Source: an uncultured bacterium (GTDB taxonomy: Bacteria > UBP4 > UBA4092). From it: a stretch of 64,000 nt of DNA. Below the pieces are notes generated by a model. It saw only the letters and a list, made by a program, of their open reading frames with translations. It was not told where the DNA came from and did not search any database. Positions 39,248 to 49,032 of this stretch are shown in pieces (position 1 is the stretch's first letter; each line of letters starts with the position of its first letter). A program made the position numbers and the translations under genes. The DNA lies in the NCBI GenBank assembly GCA_964644695.1, contig CAZXWN010000001.1, forward strand, positions 306,869 through 370,868, written 5' to 3'.

Positions 39248-41257
39248 TTGAAATATATTGAAATAGCTGTAGATGTACCGATTCATTCGTTATTTACGTA
39301 TATTTTACCTGATGAATATCAGGATTTTGTTCATATAGGCTCTTTGGTCTCGGTTCCCTTTCGTAAAATGATGAAACGAGGGGTTGTTGTAAGAATACTT
39401 GATACTACAGATGTAAAAAATCCAAAACCAATATTAGGAATTGAGCAACCCAACATATCCTTAAGTAAGAATATTCTTAAATTATTATTGTGGATGTCTG
39501 ATTATTACCAATGCCCTGTTGGTGAAGCTGTTTTCGCAGCCATACCTAAGCTGACAAAAAAATCCGAGAAAAAATCTACTTTAACCGACGAATTCCCTTT
39601 ATTATCCACTATTAAGCATCAAACCCTCACTCCTGAGCAAAACGAAGTAATGATTCAACTTCTTAAGAAGTTAAATCATGGCCATTTCAATGTGAACTTG
39701 ATATACGGAGTAACTGGAAGTGGGAAAACCGAGCTTTATCTTCATGCAATCCACAATATATTGAATCAAGGTAAGGGGATTTTGGTTCTGGTACCAGAAA
39801 TAACTTTGACTTATCAGCTCATCAATAGAATTAAAGAAAGGTTTGGGAATTGGGTTGCCGTTTTACATAGTGGGTTAACAGGAAGTGTTCGGAGTGATGA
39901 GTGGTGGAGAGCCCAAAGGGGCGAGGCACGAATTGTCGTAGGAGTACGATCTGCTGTCTTTGCGCCAGTGAAAAATCTGGGTTTAATAATTATTGATGAA
40001 GAACATGAGAACACTTTCAAGCAGGATAATAATCCTCGCTACCATGCTCGTGACGTCGCTATAATGCGAGCAAAGATTGAATCTGCTTCAATCATACTGG
40101 GTAGTGCTACACCGTCCATGGAATCCTATTATAATGCGCTATTAAAAAGATATACTCTTTATGATTTATCAATACGAATTGATAATCGGCCTATGCCTAA
40201 ATACAAGGTTATCGATATGCGTAAGGAGATTAACAAAGGAACTTCAGCAAGTACAATTATTTCTCCTTCACTGAATTCCATGATGAGAGATAAATTAATC
40301 AATGATGAACAGGTGTTGTTATTTCTAAATAGAAGGGGTTATTCCACAGTATTAATGTGTAGGGCCTGTGGAAAGGCTTACCAATGTAATCATTGCTCAG
40401 TCCCGATGACTTATCACAAATCTACCCATAGGTTGCTTTGCCATTATTGTGGATTAGTTAGTATTCCTCCTGATAGTTGCGAAAACTGTGGTTCCGGAAT
40501 GATTAAATACCTGGGTACAGGAACTCAACAGGTTGAGGAGTGTGTTCAAAAACTTTTGCCAGAATACTTACTCAATAGATTGGATGTTGACGTTAGTAAG
40601 AAGAGGGGCGTAACCCAAAAGATCCTTAAAAATTTTATTCAGGGAGAAACAAAGATACTACTGGGTACTCAGATGATAGCTAAAGGTATTGATATTTCTA
40701 CCGTTACCTTGGTGGGTGTTATTAATGCGGATCAGTTATTAAATCTTATTGATTACCGTTCTGCTGAAAGAGCTTATGCCTTATTAACGCAAGTGGCAGG
40801 TCGAGCAGGGCGTGGAACATCCCCCGGACTTGTGGCTATCCAGACCTTTAATCCCAATCATCATGCTCTGTGCGCGGTTATCAATGGGGAAAGACATGAA
40901 TTCTATCGACGTGAACTAAGGTTGAGACATAAACTGGGGTTCCCTCCATATCAACGATTAGCTCTTTCTGTTTATCATCATCGTAAGGAGGAAACTTGTT
41001 TCAGTCAGGCAGCTGAGTTTGCCCGAACTGTAAGGCAATTGATTCTTGAAGAGCCAGACACTCCCATTGAAGTTTTAGGTCCGTCATTTGCAACAATCCA
41101 AAAAATCAAAGACAAGTATAGATGTCATGTGCTAATGAAAATGCCTAAGGCATTTAATCATGTGGAATTTATCAAAAAAATTAGAACAACGATGACTGAA
41201 AAAGGGGTGGTAATGCCAAACTATATAGATATTGATCCTGTTTCACTTTTGCAATAA
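39248..41257 (+). CDS. priA: Primosomal protein N' (replication restart helicase)
   Basis: GVTGSGKTE, LVPEI, IDEEHE, LNRRGY, four CxxC pairs, GTQMIAKG, QVAGRAGR; TTG start. Confidence 0.95.
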   Translation: MKYIEIAVDVPIHSLFTYILPDEYQDFVHIGSLVSVPFRKMMKRGVVVRILDTTDVKNPKPILGIEQPNISLSKNILKLLLWMSDYYQCPVGEAVFAAIPKLTKKSEKKSTLTDEFPLLSTIKHQTLTPEQNEVMIQLLKKLNHGHFNVNLIYGVTGSGKTELYLHAIHNILNQGKGILVLVPEITLTYQLINRIKERFGNWVAVLHSGLTGSVRSDEWWRAQRGEARIVVGVRSAVFAPVKNLGLIIIDEEHENTFKQDNNPRYHARDVAIMRAKIESASIILGSATPSMESYYNALLKRYTLYDLSIRIDNRPMPKYKVIDMRKEINKGTSASTIISPSLNSMMRDKLINDEQVLLFLNRRGYSTVLMCRACGKAYQCNHCSVPMTYHKSTHRLLCHYCGLVSIPPDSCENCGSGMIKYLGTGTQQVEECVQKLLPEYLLNRLDVDVSKKRGVTQKILKNFIQGETKILLGTQMIAKGIDISTVTLVGVINADQLLNLIDYRSAERAYALLTQVAGRAGRGTSPGLVAIQTFNPNHHALCAVINGERHEFYRRELRLRHKLGFPPYQRLALSVYHHRKEETCFSQAAEFARTVRQLILEEPDTPIEVLGPSFATIQKIKDKYRCHVLMKMPKAFNHVEFIKKIRTTMTEKGVVMPNYIDIDPVSLLQ

Positions 41258-42361
41258 TTATTTCTCTGGTTGAACAACTACAATGGCACCACTATGATTT
41301 AACCATGCTTTTTCCAACTCATTTTTATCGAGTGTAATGTATCCCTTGGATACATCTTCTGCACCCGGGTCATTCACAATAGGGTTACCCTCTTCACTAA
41401 AGCCTCTGACCACGATAATATGCCCGGCAGTACTGTTTACCGGAGCACCTTTTAATTCCCCTTCGTTATAACGTATAGACAATATAACAGGATGTCCTTG
41501 TGATATTTGTTCTTTTACTGGGTCAAAATTTCCACAATACTGCACATAGGATCGATAACCTAAAGAACCCGCAAATGCGGCATTATAAATCCAGTTTCCA
41601 TAAATATTGTTCAAATTGTCCCATACATTTTGTGCGACTTCAGCTGTTGCAAAAGACTTTCCATAATAATCTAAAACCATAGATAAAGATGTCGGATGAC
41701 AGATTCTCCAAGATAAATCTTTGGCTTCAACCATTTGTGACCTATAGGGGACATCAAGATTTCTTATCCAGTCTTTTCTTGATTTCCCTATCACTAACTT
41801 TTCTTTAACAGGTGTGTCTTTTTTATAATTTGCATAACTGAAGGATACTCGGCGTAATGTCGGCGTGTGTTCCGATGAATCAGAGTATAAAGAAAAACGA
41901 TATCTAAAAGCATTGGAGGGTTTGCTTAGTTTAATCTGATCTACATCAACATATCCGTATTCATCCTTTTTCATTCGATGACGGTTTATCTCAGGATTTT
42001 CCTGGTAATCGGAGATTTCGTACCAAGATGACCATTTATTGAATCCAACATGGACCTGTGCTTCTACTCTCAAATGTGTTTGGGAGGGATATTTCCCATT
42101 CCAGGAAAGTAATAATGTATCAAAAGGAAATTTAGATCTGATAACGGGGGAGACTATTTGCCCATTTGAGACGAAACTGCCGTTTTCTTTTGCTAATGTA
42201 AATTCATGGGATATGTCATTGTATTCCAGGTTATAACTAACAGCTTTTTTGAAATCATTTATATTCTCATGAATTTTACATGAAGTTTTCGGTCCAATAT
42301 TTGCAGATACCATCTGAATCATAAACACAACTCCTGTTATTATGAAAAGGTAATATTTCAT
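41258..42361 (-). CDS. Secreted peptidase C39-like protein
   Basis: Signal peptide; LDVPYRSQM...ICHPTSLSMVL (Cys), GHIIVVRG (His), VNDP (Asp). Confidence 0.85.
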   Translation of the reverse strand: MKYYLFIITGVVFMIQMVSANIGPKTSCKIHENINDFKKAVSYNLEYNDISHEFTLAKENGSFVSNGQIVSPVIRSKFPFDTLLLSWNGKYPSQTHLRVEAQVHVGFNKWSSWYEISDYQENPEINRHRMKKDEYGYVDVDQIKLSKPSNAFRYRFSLYSDSSEHTPTLRRVSFSYANYKKDTPVKEKLVIGKSRKDWIRNLDVPYRSQMVEAKDLSWRICHPTSLSMVLDYYGKSFATAEVAQNVWDNLNNIYGNWIYNAAFAGSLGYRSYVQYCGNFDPVKEQISQGHPVILSIRYNEGELKGAPVNSTAGHIIVVRGFSEEGNPIVNDPGAEDVSKGYITLDKNELEKAWLNHSGAIVVVQPEK

Positions 42362-42399
42362 ATCCCCATCCTTGTGTAGATTCTATACATTTAAACACA

Positions 42400-43767
42400 T
42401 TATTGTCTGTATAGCACATATTTTATAACTTGACCAAGATTTTTAGGGATTTTAAATACAGTATTTTTTATAACATCTATCCAACCTATTGATTCTGAAT
42501 GACTTATCATTCCTAACGCAAATTGAAGCATTAAATTGATATTCCATACCGATAACATCGATAAAACGAATAATCCAATTCTTATTCGTATACATGATAA
42601 AAAACCCGCTAAACCCAGACAATATATGGGATACAAGTCTAACAATCTCCGATATCCAAATGAGGATCCAGCCCACCAATTGTCAGGTACGGCGTTAATG
42701 TAGATTTGAAAAAGGATAAAAACATCGAACAAGATCGATCTTGTTCGATGTTCCTTCGTTTGTAATCCGAGACCGATAAATACTAAAAAATACACGGGAT
42801 TCCATGTTAAAAAACCATGCCGTGATGAAAAAAGAACATCCCATATTCTGGGGCTGGCCCAGTTCATTGTTTCATTTCCCATCGGAATGAGAAACCAAAA
42901 CCCATAAACAATTTTCCATACAATCAATTGTGGAAGGAATCCTATAAATAACCCTAAAGACAATGCTGTTGAATTGGAAAGATAGTGTTTACTCCTATTT
43001 TTTAACCAAAACCATATATAGGGAATTAATACAATAGGTAAGTTCTGCCAACGAACAAGACCCACCAATCCCGCCAAAAGGCCTATAAGGAGATATTCGA
43101 GAGATCCTTTATCTTTTAATTTCCACCATACCCAAAGAAATAATGAGATAGAAAAACAGGATAAAACATGCGCCATACTCGGAACGAGCGATTGGTAATA
43201 TATGAAAGGCGTGGTAAATAAGAGCCCGATTATTGACAGTAACGAAATGGTGCATGAATACCAGTTCCTGACAAATTTATATGACAAAATCAGGGTCATC
43301 AATCCATAAATTGCAGTTCCAAAACTGATACTTCCCACATAGAAAAGAGAATATCCATTCATCAGGTTTGTATCGGTGAACAAATAGTACAAATAGGTTA
43401 GAAGGTGACCAATTAAAAAGAAAGGTAACCATAACAGGGCTGGTCCACAGGATGTTCTGTTGGGTGTGTGATTAGTAATTGTTCGTGGTTCATCTGGAGA
43501 AAACAATCCACTTTTATCATGGGCAGGTTTGTAAGAAGTAATCTTCGGAGCGGAGCTGTCTCCGGTGAAAATTTTGTAATAGTAATCAAATTCATTAGAA
43601 TATTGTAAATCCCCATCTATGACTATTGAACGAAGTTGGGCATAGTAAGCTATTCCATCGCTGTTTATCCATGGGTGTAATAATGGGAGCAGTAAAACCC
43701 AGAAGACAACAATGATCCAAAGAGAGCGTTGATCTGTTAATGTAATTTTTTTATTCATGGTACACAC
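42400..43767 (-). CDS. Polytopic membrane glycosyltransferase candidate (GT-C / PMT-like)
   Basis: SDGIAYYAQLRSIVIDGDL, GPALLWLPF, LFSSRHGFLTWNP, WWAGSSFGYRR; many TMs; true start may be at MNKK. Confidence 0.78.
   Translation of the reverse strand: MCTMNKKITLTDQRSLWIIVVFWVLLLPLLHPWINSDGIAYYAQLRSIVIDGDLQYSNEFDYYYKIFTGDSSAPKITSYKPAHDKSGLFSPDEPRTITNHTPNRTSCGPALLWLPFFLIGHLLTYLYYLFTDTNLMNGYSLFYVGSISFGTAIYGLMTLILSYKFVRNWYSCTISLLSIIGLLFTTPFIYYQSLVPSMAHVLSCFSISLFLWVWWKLKDKGSLEYLLIGLLAGLVGLVRWQNLPIVLIPYIWFWLKNRSKHYLSNSTALSLGLFIGFLPQLIVWKIVYGFWFLIPMGNETMNWASPRIWDVLFSSRHGFLTWNPVYFLVFIGLGLQTKEHRTRSILFDVFILFQIYINAVPDNWWAGSSFGYRRLLDLYPIYCLGLAGFLSCIRIRIGLFVLSMLSVWNINLMLQFALGMISHSESIGWIDVIKNTVFKIPKNLGQVIKYVLYRQ
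42721..42752. repeat. Dispersed palindrome, copy 3 (perfect 32 bp, intragenic)
   Basis: AACATCGAACAAGATC|GATCTTGTTCGATGTT; read on the minus strand as (E)HRTRSILFDV. Confidence 0.9.
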
Positions 43768-43813
43768 AATAAGATAAGCACGATTTGTTTTATGAATATG
43801 TTAGACTTTTTTC

Positions 43814-44263
43814 ATGGATAATGATACTGAAAATAATACTCAAACGATTACCTGTACGATTCATCCTGATGTCCAGGCCACAGGTGAGTGTTTTTCTTGC
43901 CAGAAACCGCTTTGTGAGGAGTGTTGTGACTGGATTGACGGTAAAGTTTTTTGTCCTGAGTGCCAGTTTGAGGCTCATCAAAAAGCTGACCTGATTAAAT
44001 CTCATCACTCGGGTATAAGCGTCCTTCCTGTTTATCATACGGGATTGATGTCCATCGCCTTTGTTTTAACATTGGTGGGTACTTTTTTCTTTAGAAGAAA
44101 TATGTCGATAATAAATGGGTTATTGTTTTCTACGGGACTTTTCTTATTTCTGGTGAGTTTTGTATTGTCTTCGATTAATCGTTCATATGAATATGTTGTT
44201 AAATGGTTTTTCTGGATTATAAACATTTTCTTTATCTTATTTGCGCTTTTAATTGCCTGGTAA
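43814..44263 (+). CDS. B-box-like zinc-finger membrane protein
   Basis: CTIHP...CFSCQKPLCEEC...FCPEC followed by three hydrophobic helices. Confidence 0.78.
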   Translation: MDNDTENNTQTITCTIHPDVQATGECFSCQKPLCEECCDWIDGKVFCPECQFEAHQKADLIKSHHSGISVLPVYHTGLMSIAFVLTLVGTFFFRRNMSIINGLLFSTGLFLFLVSFVLSSINRSYEYVVKWFFWIINIFFILFALLIAW

Positions 44264-44269
44264 GGCTTC

Positions 44270-45340
44270 ATGAAAATAGATTCTCTTGAGTTGCTGGATT
44301 TCAGAAATTATTCTTCCATCAAAATCCCAATAAATGATTCTCATGTTTTAATCCGAGGTGATAATGCTCAGGGAAAAACTAATTTAATTGAGGCCATTTA
44401 TATTGGTGCATTGGGAAAATCCTTTAGAACGTCTATTACTCGTGAAACAATCCGATTTGGCCAGGAACAGGCTTTTGTTTCCATTCACTTTACTCGAAAC
44501 CGGGTTCGTCATAAGATTCGCTATCGAATTGCCTCTCAGGGGAATTCATTTTCGGTCAATGATACTCCTGTTACGAAACGATCTGAACTGGTTGGCAAGT
44601 TGCCCGTTGTTCTTTTTACTCCTGATTATTTATCCTTGATAAAAGGAGAACCTCAGGGACGACGGGCATTTATTGACAGCTGTTTATGCCAGATTGATGT
44701 TGAGTATTTAAAACATCTCCAGCGTTACCATCATGTTGTTAAACAAAGAAATCAGGCTCTCAAGGATGTTCGTGCTAATCGGTCCCCTTTTGATTGCGTA
44801 GAGGCCTGGAATAGCCAATTAGTAGAAACGGGACTCTTCATAACACAGAAGAGAGTCGATAGTTTGGCTATAATCAATCAGTTATTGGAAACGTTTAACA
44901 AGATAAATAGAACTCATATCAATCTTGAATATGAGCCCTCTATGAAAAAACTAAATATTAATGAGATTTATCAGGACCTCAACGACAATCGTGAATCGGA
45001 AATATTCAAGGGTTCAACCAGTATGGGGCCTCATCGGGATAATATATCTTTTTATGATGGAGAAAAATTATTAAAAAATTATGGCTCACAGGGAGAACAA
45101 AGGACAGCTATTCTCTTGTTAATGGTGGCACAAGTTAATTTTCTCTATCGTTTTTCGGGAGAATATCCAGTAATATTATGGGATGACTTTGCATCAGAAC
45201 TGGATGTTAAGCATATGACGATGATGTTGGATTTAATTCCCAATACGTGTCAATTGATAGCTACGTCAGTCGATGTCCCATCCGCAGGTCATAAATCGTT
45301 TAATAACATAATGAGAATACAAAACGGAAAATTAGTTTAA
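44270..45340 (+). CDS. recF: DNA replication/repair protein RecF
   Basis: LDFRNY, GDNAQGKTNLIEAI, KSFR, GPHRD, GSQGEQR, ILWDDFASELD. Confidence 0.94.
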   Translation: MKIDSLELLDFRNYSSIKIPINDSHVLIRGDNAQGKTNLIEAIYIGALGKSFRTSITRETIRFGQEQAFVSIHFTRNRVRHKIRYRIASQGNSFSVNDTPVTKRSELVGKLPVVLFTPDYLSLIKGEPQGRRAFIDSCLCQIDVEYLKHLQRYHHVVKQRNQALKDVRANRSPFDCVEAWNSQLVETGLFITQKRVDSLAIINQLLETFNKINRTHINLEYEPSMKKLNINEIYQDLNDNRESEIFKGSTSMGPHRDNISFYDGEKLLKNYGSQGEQRTAILLLMVAQVNFLYRFSGEYPVILWDDFASELDVKHMTMMLDLIPNTCQLIATSVDVPSAGHKSFNNIMRIQNGKLV

Positions 45341-45347
45341 GGTTTTT

Positions 45348-46232
45348 ATGATTCAATTGGAATATTTCATCATACTCATTCAAGTAATTCGGATATCTAT
45401 TCCGTACCTTCTGGCGGCCATGGGCGGAATGGTTAGTGAGCGTGCTGGCATTGTAAACATTGCTCTTGAGGGGATGATGTTAAATGGCGCTCTTGGTTGT
45501 GTTTTAACCATCTATTACACAGGAAATCCCTGGTTGGGAGTCGTTGGTGGTATTACCGCAGGCTTTTTGACAGCAATTATTCATGCTGTAACGACTGTGA
45601 AATTCTGTGCTAATCAAATTATCAGTGGTGTGGCAATCAATCTTTTTTCTGTCGGAATCACCAAATATCTTCTTAAGTTGATTTTTGGGAGTACAAGTAA
45701 TTCAGCACGCGTAGAAGGATTGCCAATGCTTGGAGGAGCCCAGGGTATATCACCTGTGATGATTCTGGCCTTATTATTAGTTCCAATCACATTCATATTG
45801 CTCCAGTATACAAAGTATGGACTTCGACTAAAATCTGTGGGTGAAAAACCTGAGGCATCGGAAAGCGTAGGAATTAATGTTCTGATGTATCGGTATTGGG
45901 GAGTATTAATATCAGGGATGTTGGCTGGATTGGCGGGGGCTTATCTTGCTCTCGAACAACATCAATTTACCGACAATATGACAGGGGGACGGGGATATAT
46001 AGCCTTGGCTGCAATGATATTAGGAAAATGGAATCCATGGGGCTGTTTGGCAGCCAGCCTTTTGTTTGGTGCCGCCGAAACATTGAACATTCATCTGCAA
46101 AGTTCAGGCTCAGGAATTCCTAATCAGTTTATACAAATTATTCCATACTTATTAACAGTTATCGTTCTAGTTAGTGCAATTGGAAAGTCCATATCACCCG
46201 CATCTACAGGAAAACCCTATGAAAAAAGCTAA
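45348..46232 (+). CDS. ABC transporter permease, nucleoside (NupQ/YufQ-like) family
   Basis: SERAGIVNIALEG, ANQIISGVAIN, GLRLKSVGEKP, GRGYIALAAMILGKWNP. Confidence 0.9.
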   Translation: MIQLEYFIILIQVIRISIPYLLAAMGGMVSERAGIVNIALEGMMLNGALGCVLTIYYTGNPWLGVVGGITAGFLTAIIHAVTTVKFCANQIISGVAINLFSVGITKYLLKLIFGSTSNSARVEGLPMLGGAQGISPVMILALLLVPITFILLQYTKYGLRLKSVGEKPEASESVGINVLMYRYWGVLISGMLAGLAGAYLALEQHQFTDNMTGGRGYIALAAMILGKWNPWGCLAASLLFGAAETLNIHLQSSGSGIPNQFIQIIPYLLTVIVLVSAIGKSISPASTGKPYEKS

Positions 46233-47547
46233 ACCGGCAAATCTTCTTGATTTAATCGCAAAGAAAAAGAATGGGATTCCATTAACTTTAGATGAGATCA
46301 ATTCTCTGGTATCAGATTATACTTTAGGAATAATTCCGGATTATCAGATGGCCTCATTTCTAATGGCTGTTTATTTCCGTGGAATGGATGATATTGAAAT
46401 TCTTAACTATACTAAAGCGTTAATGAATTCAGGTGATGTCATAAAATTCCCAAAGATGAAATATCGCCCAGTTGATAAACATTCTACTGGAGGAGTAGGG
46501 GATAAGGTAAGTATTCCCCTGGCGGCATTAGTAGCGGCCTGTGGCGCACCCGTTCCGATGATATCTGGCAGGGGACTAGGCCATACAGGTGGAACCCTGG
46601 ATAAGTTGGAATCTATTCCCGGATTCAATGTAAATCTTTCCATGGAAGAATTTAAATCATTGGTAGTTAAATATGGTTTAGCTTTGGGAGGTCAAACATC
46701 AACATTAGTTCCGGCGGATAAGAAAATATACGCTTTGCGAGATGTAACCGAAACAGTTGATAGTATTCCCCTAATTGTTGGGAGTATTTTAAGTAAAAAG
46801 TTGGCGGAAGGAGCTCAATCCTTTGTCTTTGATGTGAAAGCGGGTAGTGGTGCTTTTATGAAGGATGAATATCAGGCCACTGTATTAGCAAAAGCTCTTG
46901 TTTCAATGACAAAACAGTTTAAAAAGAAATCTGTCGCTTTAGTTACCGATATGTCGCAACCTCTTGGTAATACGATTGGAAATAGCTTGGAAATCATTGA
47001 ATCCATTGAGTTGCTAAAGGGTAATGGACCTGATGATACCCTTGAATTAGTTATTATTATGGGTGCTTATATGCTTCTGATGAGTGGAGTCGTTAAAAAT
47101 AGAATTGAGGGAGAAAGAAAAATAATCAAGTCCATTCAAGACAAAACAGGTTTAATGAAATTTGGAGAAATTATTAAAGCTCAGAAGGGTAATCCTGTGG
47201 TTATTGATGATTATGATTTGTTGCCTCAAGCCAAATATAAAAAGGTTTTGAAAGCTTCCCAATCAGGTTATATTGAGAAGATTGATGCCTTGGATATAGG
47301 TCTGGCTTCAGTCTATTTAGGAGCGGGAAGGGAATCTTTGGAATCAATTATTGATCCCGCCGTAGGTTTTTGGGTACATAAAAAAGTGGGAGATAGGGTT
47401 ACAGCCAATACCCCGATAATTACTATTTGCTATAACGATAAGTCCAAAATGGAAAAGGCACTTATTGATCTTAAAAAAGCGATTACCTTTAGTGACAAGA
47501 TTATTGATAGCCCTCAACTCATAAAATCTGTCATTGAGGATGCTTAA
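46219..47547 (+). CDS. pdp: Pyrimidine-nucleoside / thymidine phosphorylase
   Basis: PDYQMASFLMA, DKHSTGGVGDK, SGRGLGHTGGTLDKLESIPG, ILSKKLAEG; start placed at MKKAK. Confidence 0.94.
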   Translation: MKKAKPANLLDLIAKKKNGIPLTLDEINSLVSDYTLGIIPDYQMASFLMAVYFRGMDDIEILNYTKALMNSGDVIKFPKMKYRPVDKHSTGGVGDKVSIPLAALVAACGAPVPMISGRGLGHTGGTLDKLESIPGFNVNLSMEEFKSLVVKYGLALGGQTSTLVPADKKIYALRDVTETVDSIPLIVGSILSKKLAEGAQSFVFDVKAGSGAFMKDEYQATVLAKALVSMTKQFKKKSVALVTDMSQPLGNTIGNSLEIIESIELLKGNGPDDTLELVIIMGAYMLLMSGVVKNRIEGERKIIKSIQDKTGLMKFGEIIKAQKGNPVVIDDYDLLPQAKYKKVLKASQSGYIEKIDALDIGLASVYLGAGRESLESIIDPAVGFWVHKKVGDRVTANTPIITICYNDKSKMEKALIDLKKAITFSDKIIDSPQLIKSVIEDA

Positions 47548-47548
47548 T

Positions 47549-48463
47549 ATGAAAACACGACTTTTGGTAATTGGAAGTACAAACATGGATTTAGTTGGTT
47601 TGGTTGATAGATTGCCTAAACCAGGAGAAACGATACTTGGTCGATTGTTTTCTCAAAATCCGGGCGGAAAAGGTGCAAATCAGGCTGTTGCTGCAGCAAA
47701 ATTGGGTGCACATGTCTCCTTTGTGAGCTCATTAGGGAATGATCTTTTCGGGGACCAATTATGTCGCATATTAAAAACCAATAAGGTATCAACCAAATAT
47801 ATCAAGAGAGTTGAAAAGCCAAGTGGAGTAGCTCTTATTGGTATTGATAATGAAGCTGAAAATTCAATTATTGTGATACCAGGTGCTAATCATGACCTAC
47901 GACCCTCAGATTTGTTGGAGATGAACGATGCTTTTGATAATGTTAATGCCTTATTGATTCAGTTGGAAATACCTCTGAAAACTGTAGAAAAAGCAATCGT
48001 ATTGGCACATAAAAAGAATATTCCTGTAATTTTGAACCCCGCGCCTGCACATCATCTTACACCGTCAGTCTTCCCCTTAATTGATGTGTTAATCCCTAAT
48101 GAAACAGAAGCAACTCTCTTAGCTGGGAAATCATTAAACACTAAAACTTCGATAGAAGACATTGGAAATATTCTTCTCAAAAAGGGAATAAAAAACCTTA
48201 TCATCACTCTTGGTTCAAAGGGTGCTTTTGTGATGTCATCTAATACTTGTGAATTAGTTAAGGCTCCCAAGGTTAAGGCAATAAATACCGTTGCAGCAGG
48301 GGATGCGTTTTGTGGTGGATTTGCCTTAGCTTATGCTGGAGGAATGGGTTTGCTTGATTCTACAAAGTTTGCTGTGTGTGTAGGTGCAACAAAAGTAACC
48401 CGTTCAGGAGCATTGGAAGGTATGCCCACATTGAAAGATGTTATGAAGTTATATAAATATTAG
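47549..48463 (+). CDS. rbsK: Ribokinase
   Basis: GSTNMDL, PGGKGANQAVAAA, LNPAPA, PNETE, TVAAGDAF; GAGGA RBS before MKTRL. Confidence 0.92.
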   Translation: MKTRLLVIGSTNMDLVGLVDRLPKPGETILGRLFSQNPGGKGANQAVAAAKLGAHVSFVSSLGNDLFGDQLCRILKTNKVSTKYIKRVEKPSGVALIGIDNEAENSIIVIPGANHDLRPSDLLEMNDAFDNVNALLIQLEIPLKTVEKAIVLAHKKNIPVILNPAPAHHLTPSVFPLIDVLIPNETEATLLAGKSLNTKTSIEDIGNILLKKGIKNLIITLGSKGAFVMSSNTCELVKAPKVKAINTVAAGDAFCGGFALAYAGGMGLLDSTKFAVCVGATKVTRSGALEGMPTLKDVMKLYKY

Positions 48464-48468
48464 TTCTG

Positions 48469-48948
48469 CTAATTTTCACTATTTAAGATATCAATGGTTT
48501 GATCATCTGCAGTTCCCTTAACTTTATCTGGACCTGCGGAAATGATATAAAACTTTCCGTTTGAATTAAGTGAATCATATTGATTTCCCCACGGGTCTTT
48601 TGGAATTGAATTATTACCTAAAGCCCCTGACTTTGCTAAATCATCAAGATTCTGTGGTAAAGCACCATTATGATCCACTCGATATAGTTCGACCCCATTT
48701 TTTATAGTCGATAAATCTGCTGCAGTTATTTTTGTTTTTGCCTTCTGTAGAGCTCCAATTTGGGTCTGTCCAGTTATACCGGCTAATCCTTGGTCAGTGT
48801 TTACTCCTAATTGGGCAGCTATTGTCTCTGGAGCCTTGTCATGTCGATAGCCACTCATGAATTCTGAAATGGAATCCTTGAAATAAAACCCTAATACAGC
48901 TAAACAAGCAAGAAAGATTAATATCTTTATTAGTTTTCCTAATGACAT
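48469..48948 (-). CDS. Protein with GspG-like pseudopilin C-terminal domain
   Basis: DLSTIKNGVELYR...LPQNLDDL...PKDPWGNQY...ISAGPD...GTADD; N-terminal TM; AAGGAG RBS. Confidence 0.75.
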   Translation of the reverse strand: MSLGKLIKILIFLACLAVLGFYFKDSISEFMSGYRHDKAPETIAAQLGVNTDQGLAGITGQTQIGALQKAKTKITAADLSTIKNGVELYRVDHNGALPQNLDDLAKSGALGNNSIPKDPWGNQYDSLNSNGKFYIISAGPDKVKGTADDQTIDILNSEN

Positions 48949-49032
48949 TTCATACTCCTTAAATATATCTTTGATTTATAAGGATTTCTTGTTCAGAGTA
49001 TATTAGCAGATAAAATTTAGTATTCCTATTTT

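Noticed and set aside
42721-42752. Palindrome read as a Firmicute LexA (Cheo) box because of its CGAAC...GTTCG half-sites
   Set aside because: The spacer is 12 bp instead of 4, and no copy lies upstream of recG, priA or recF.
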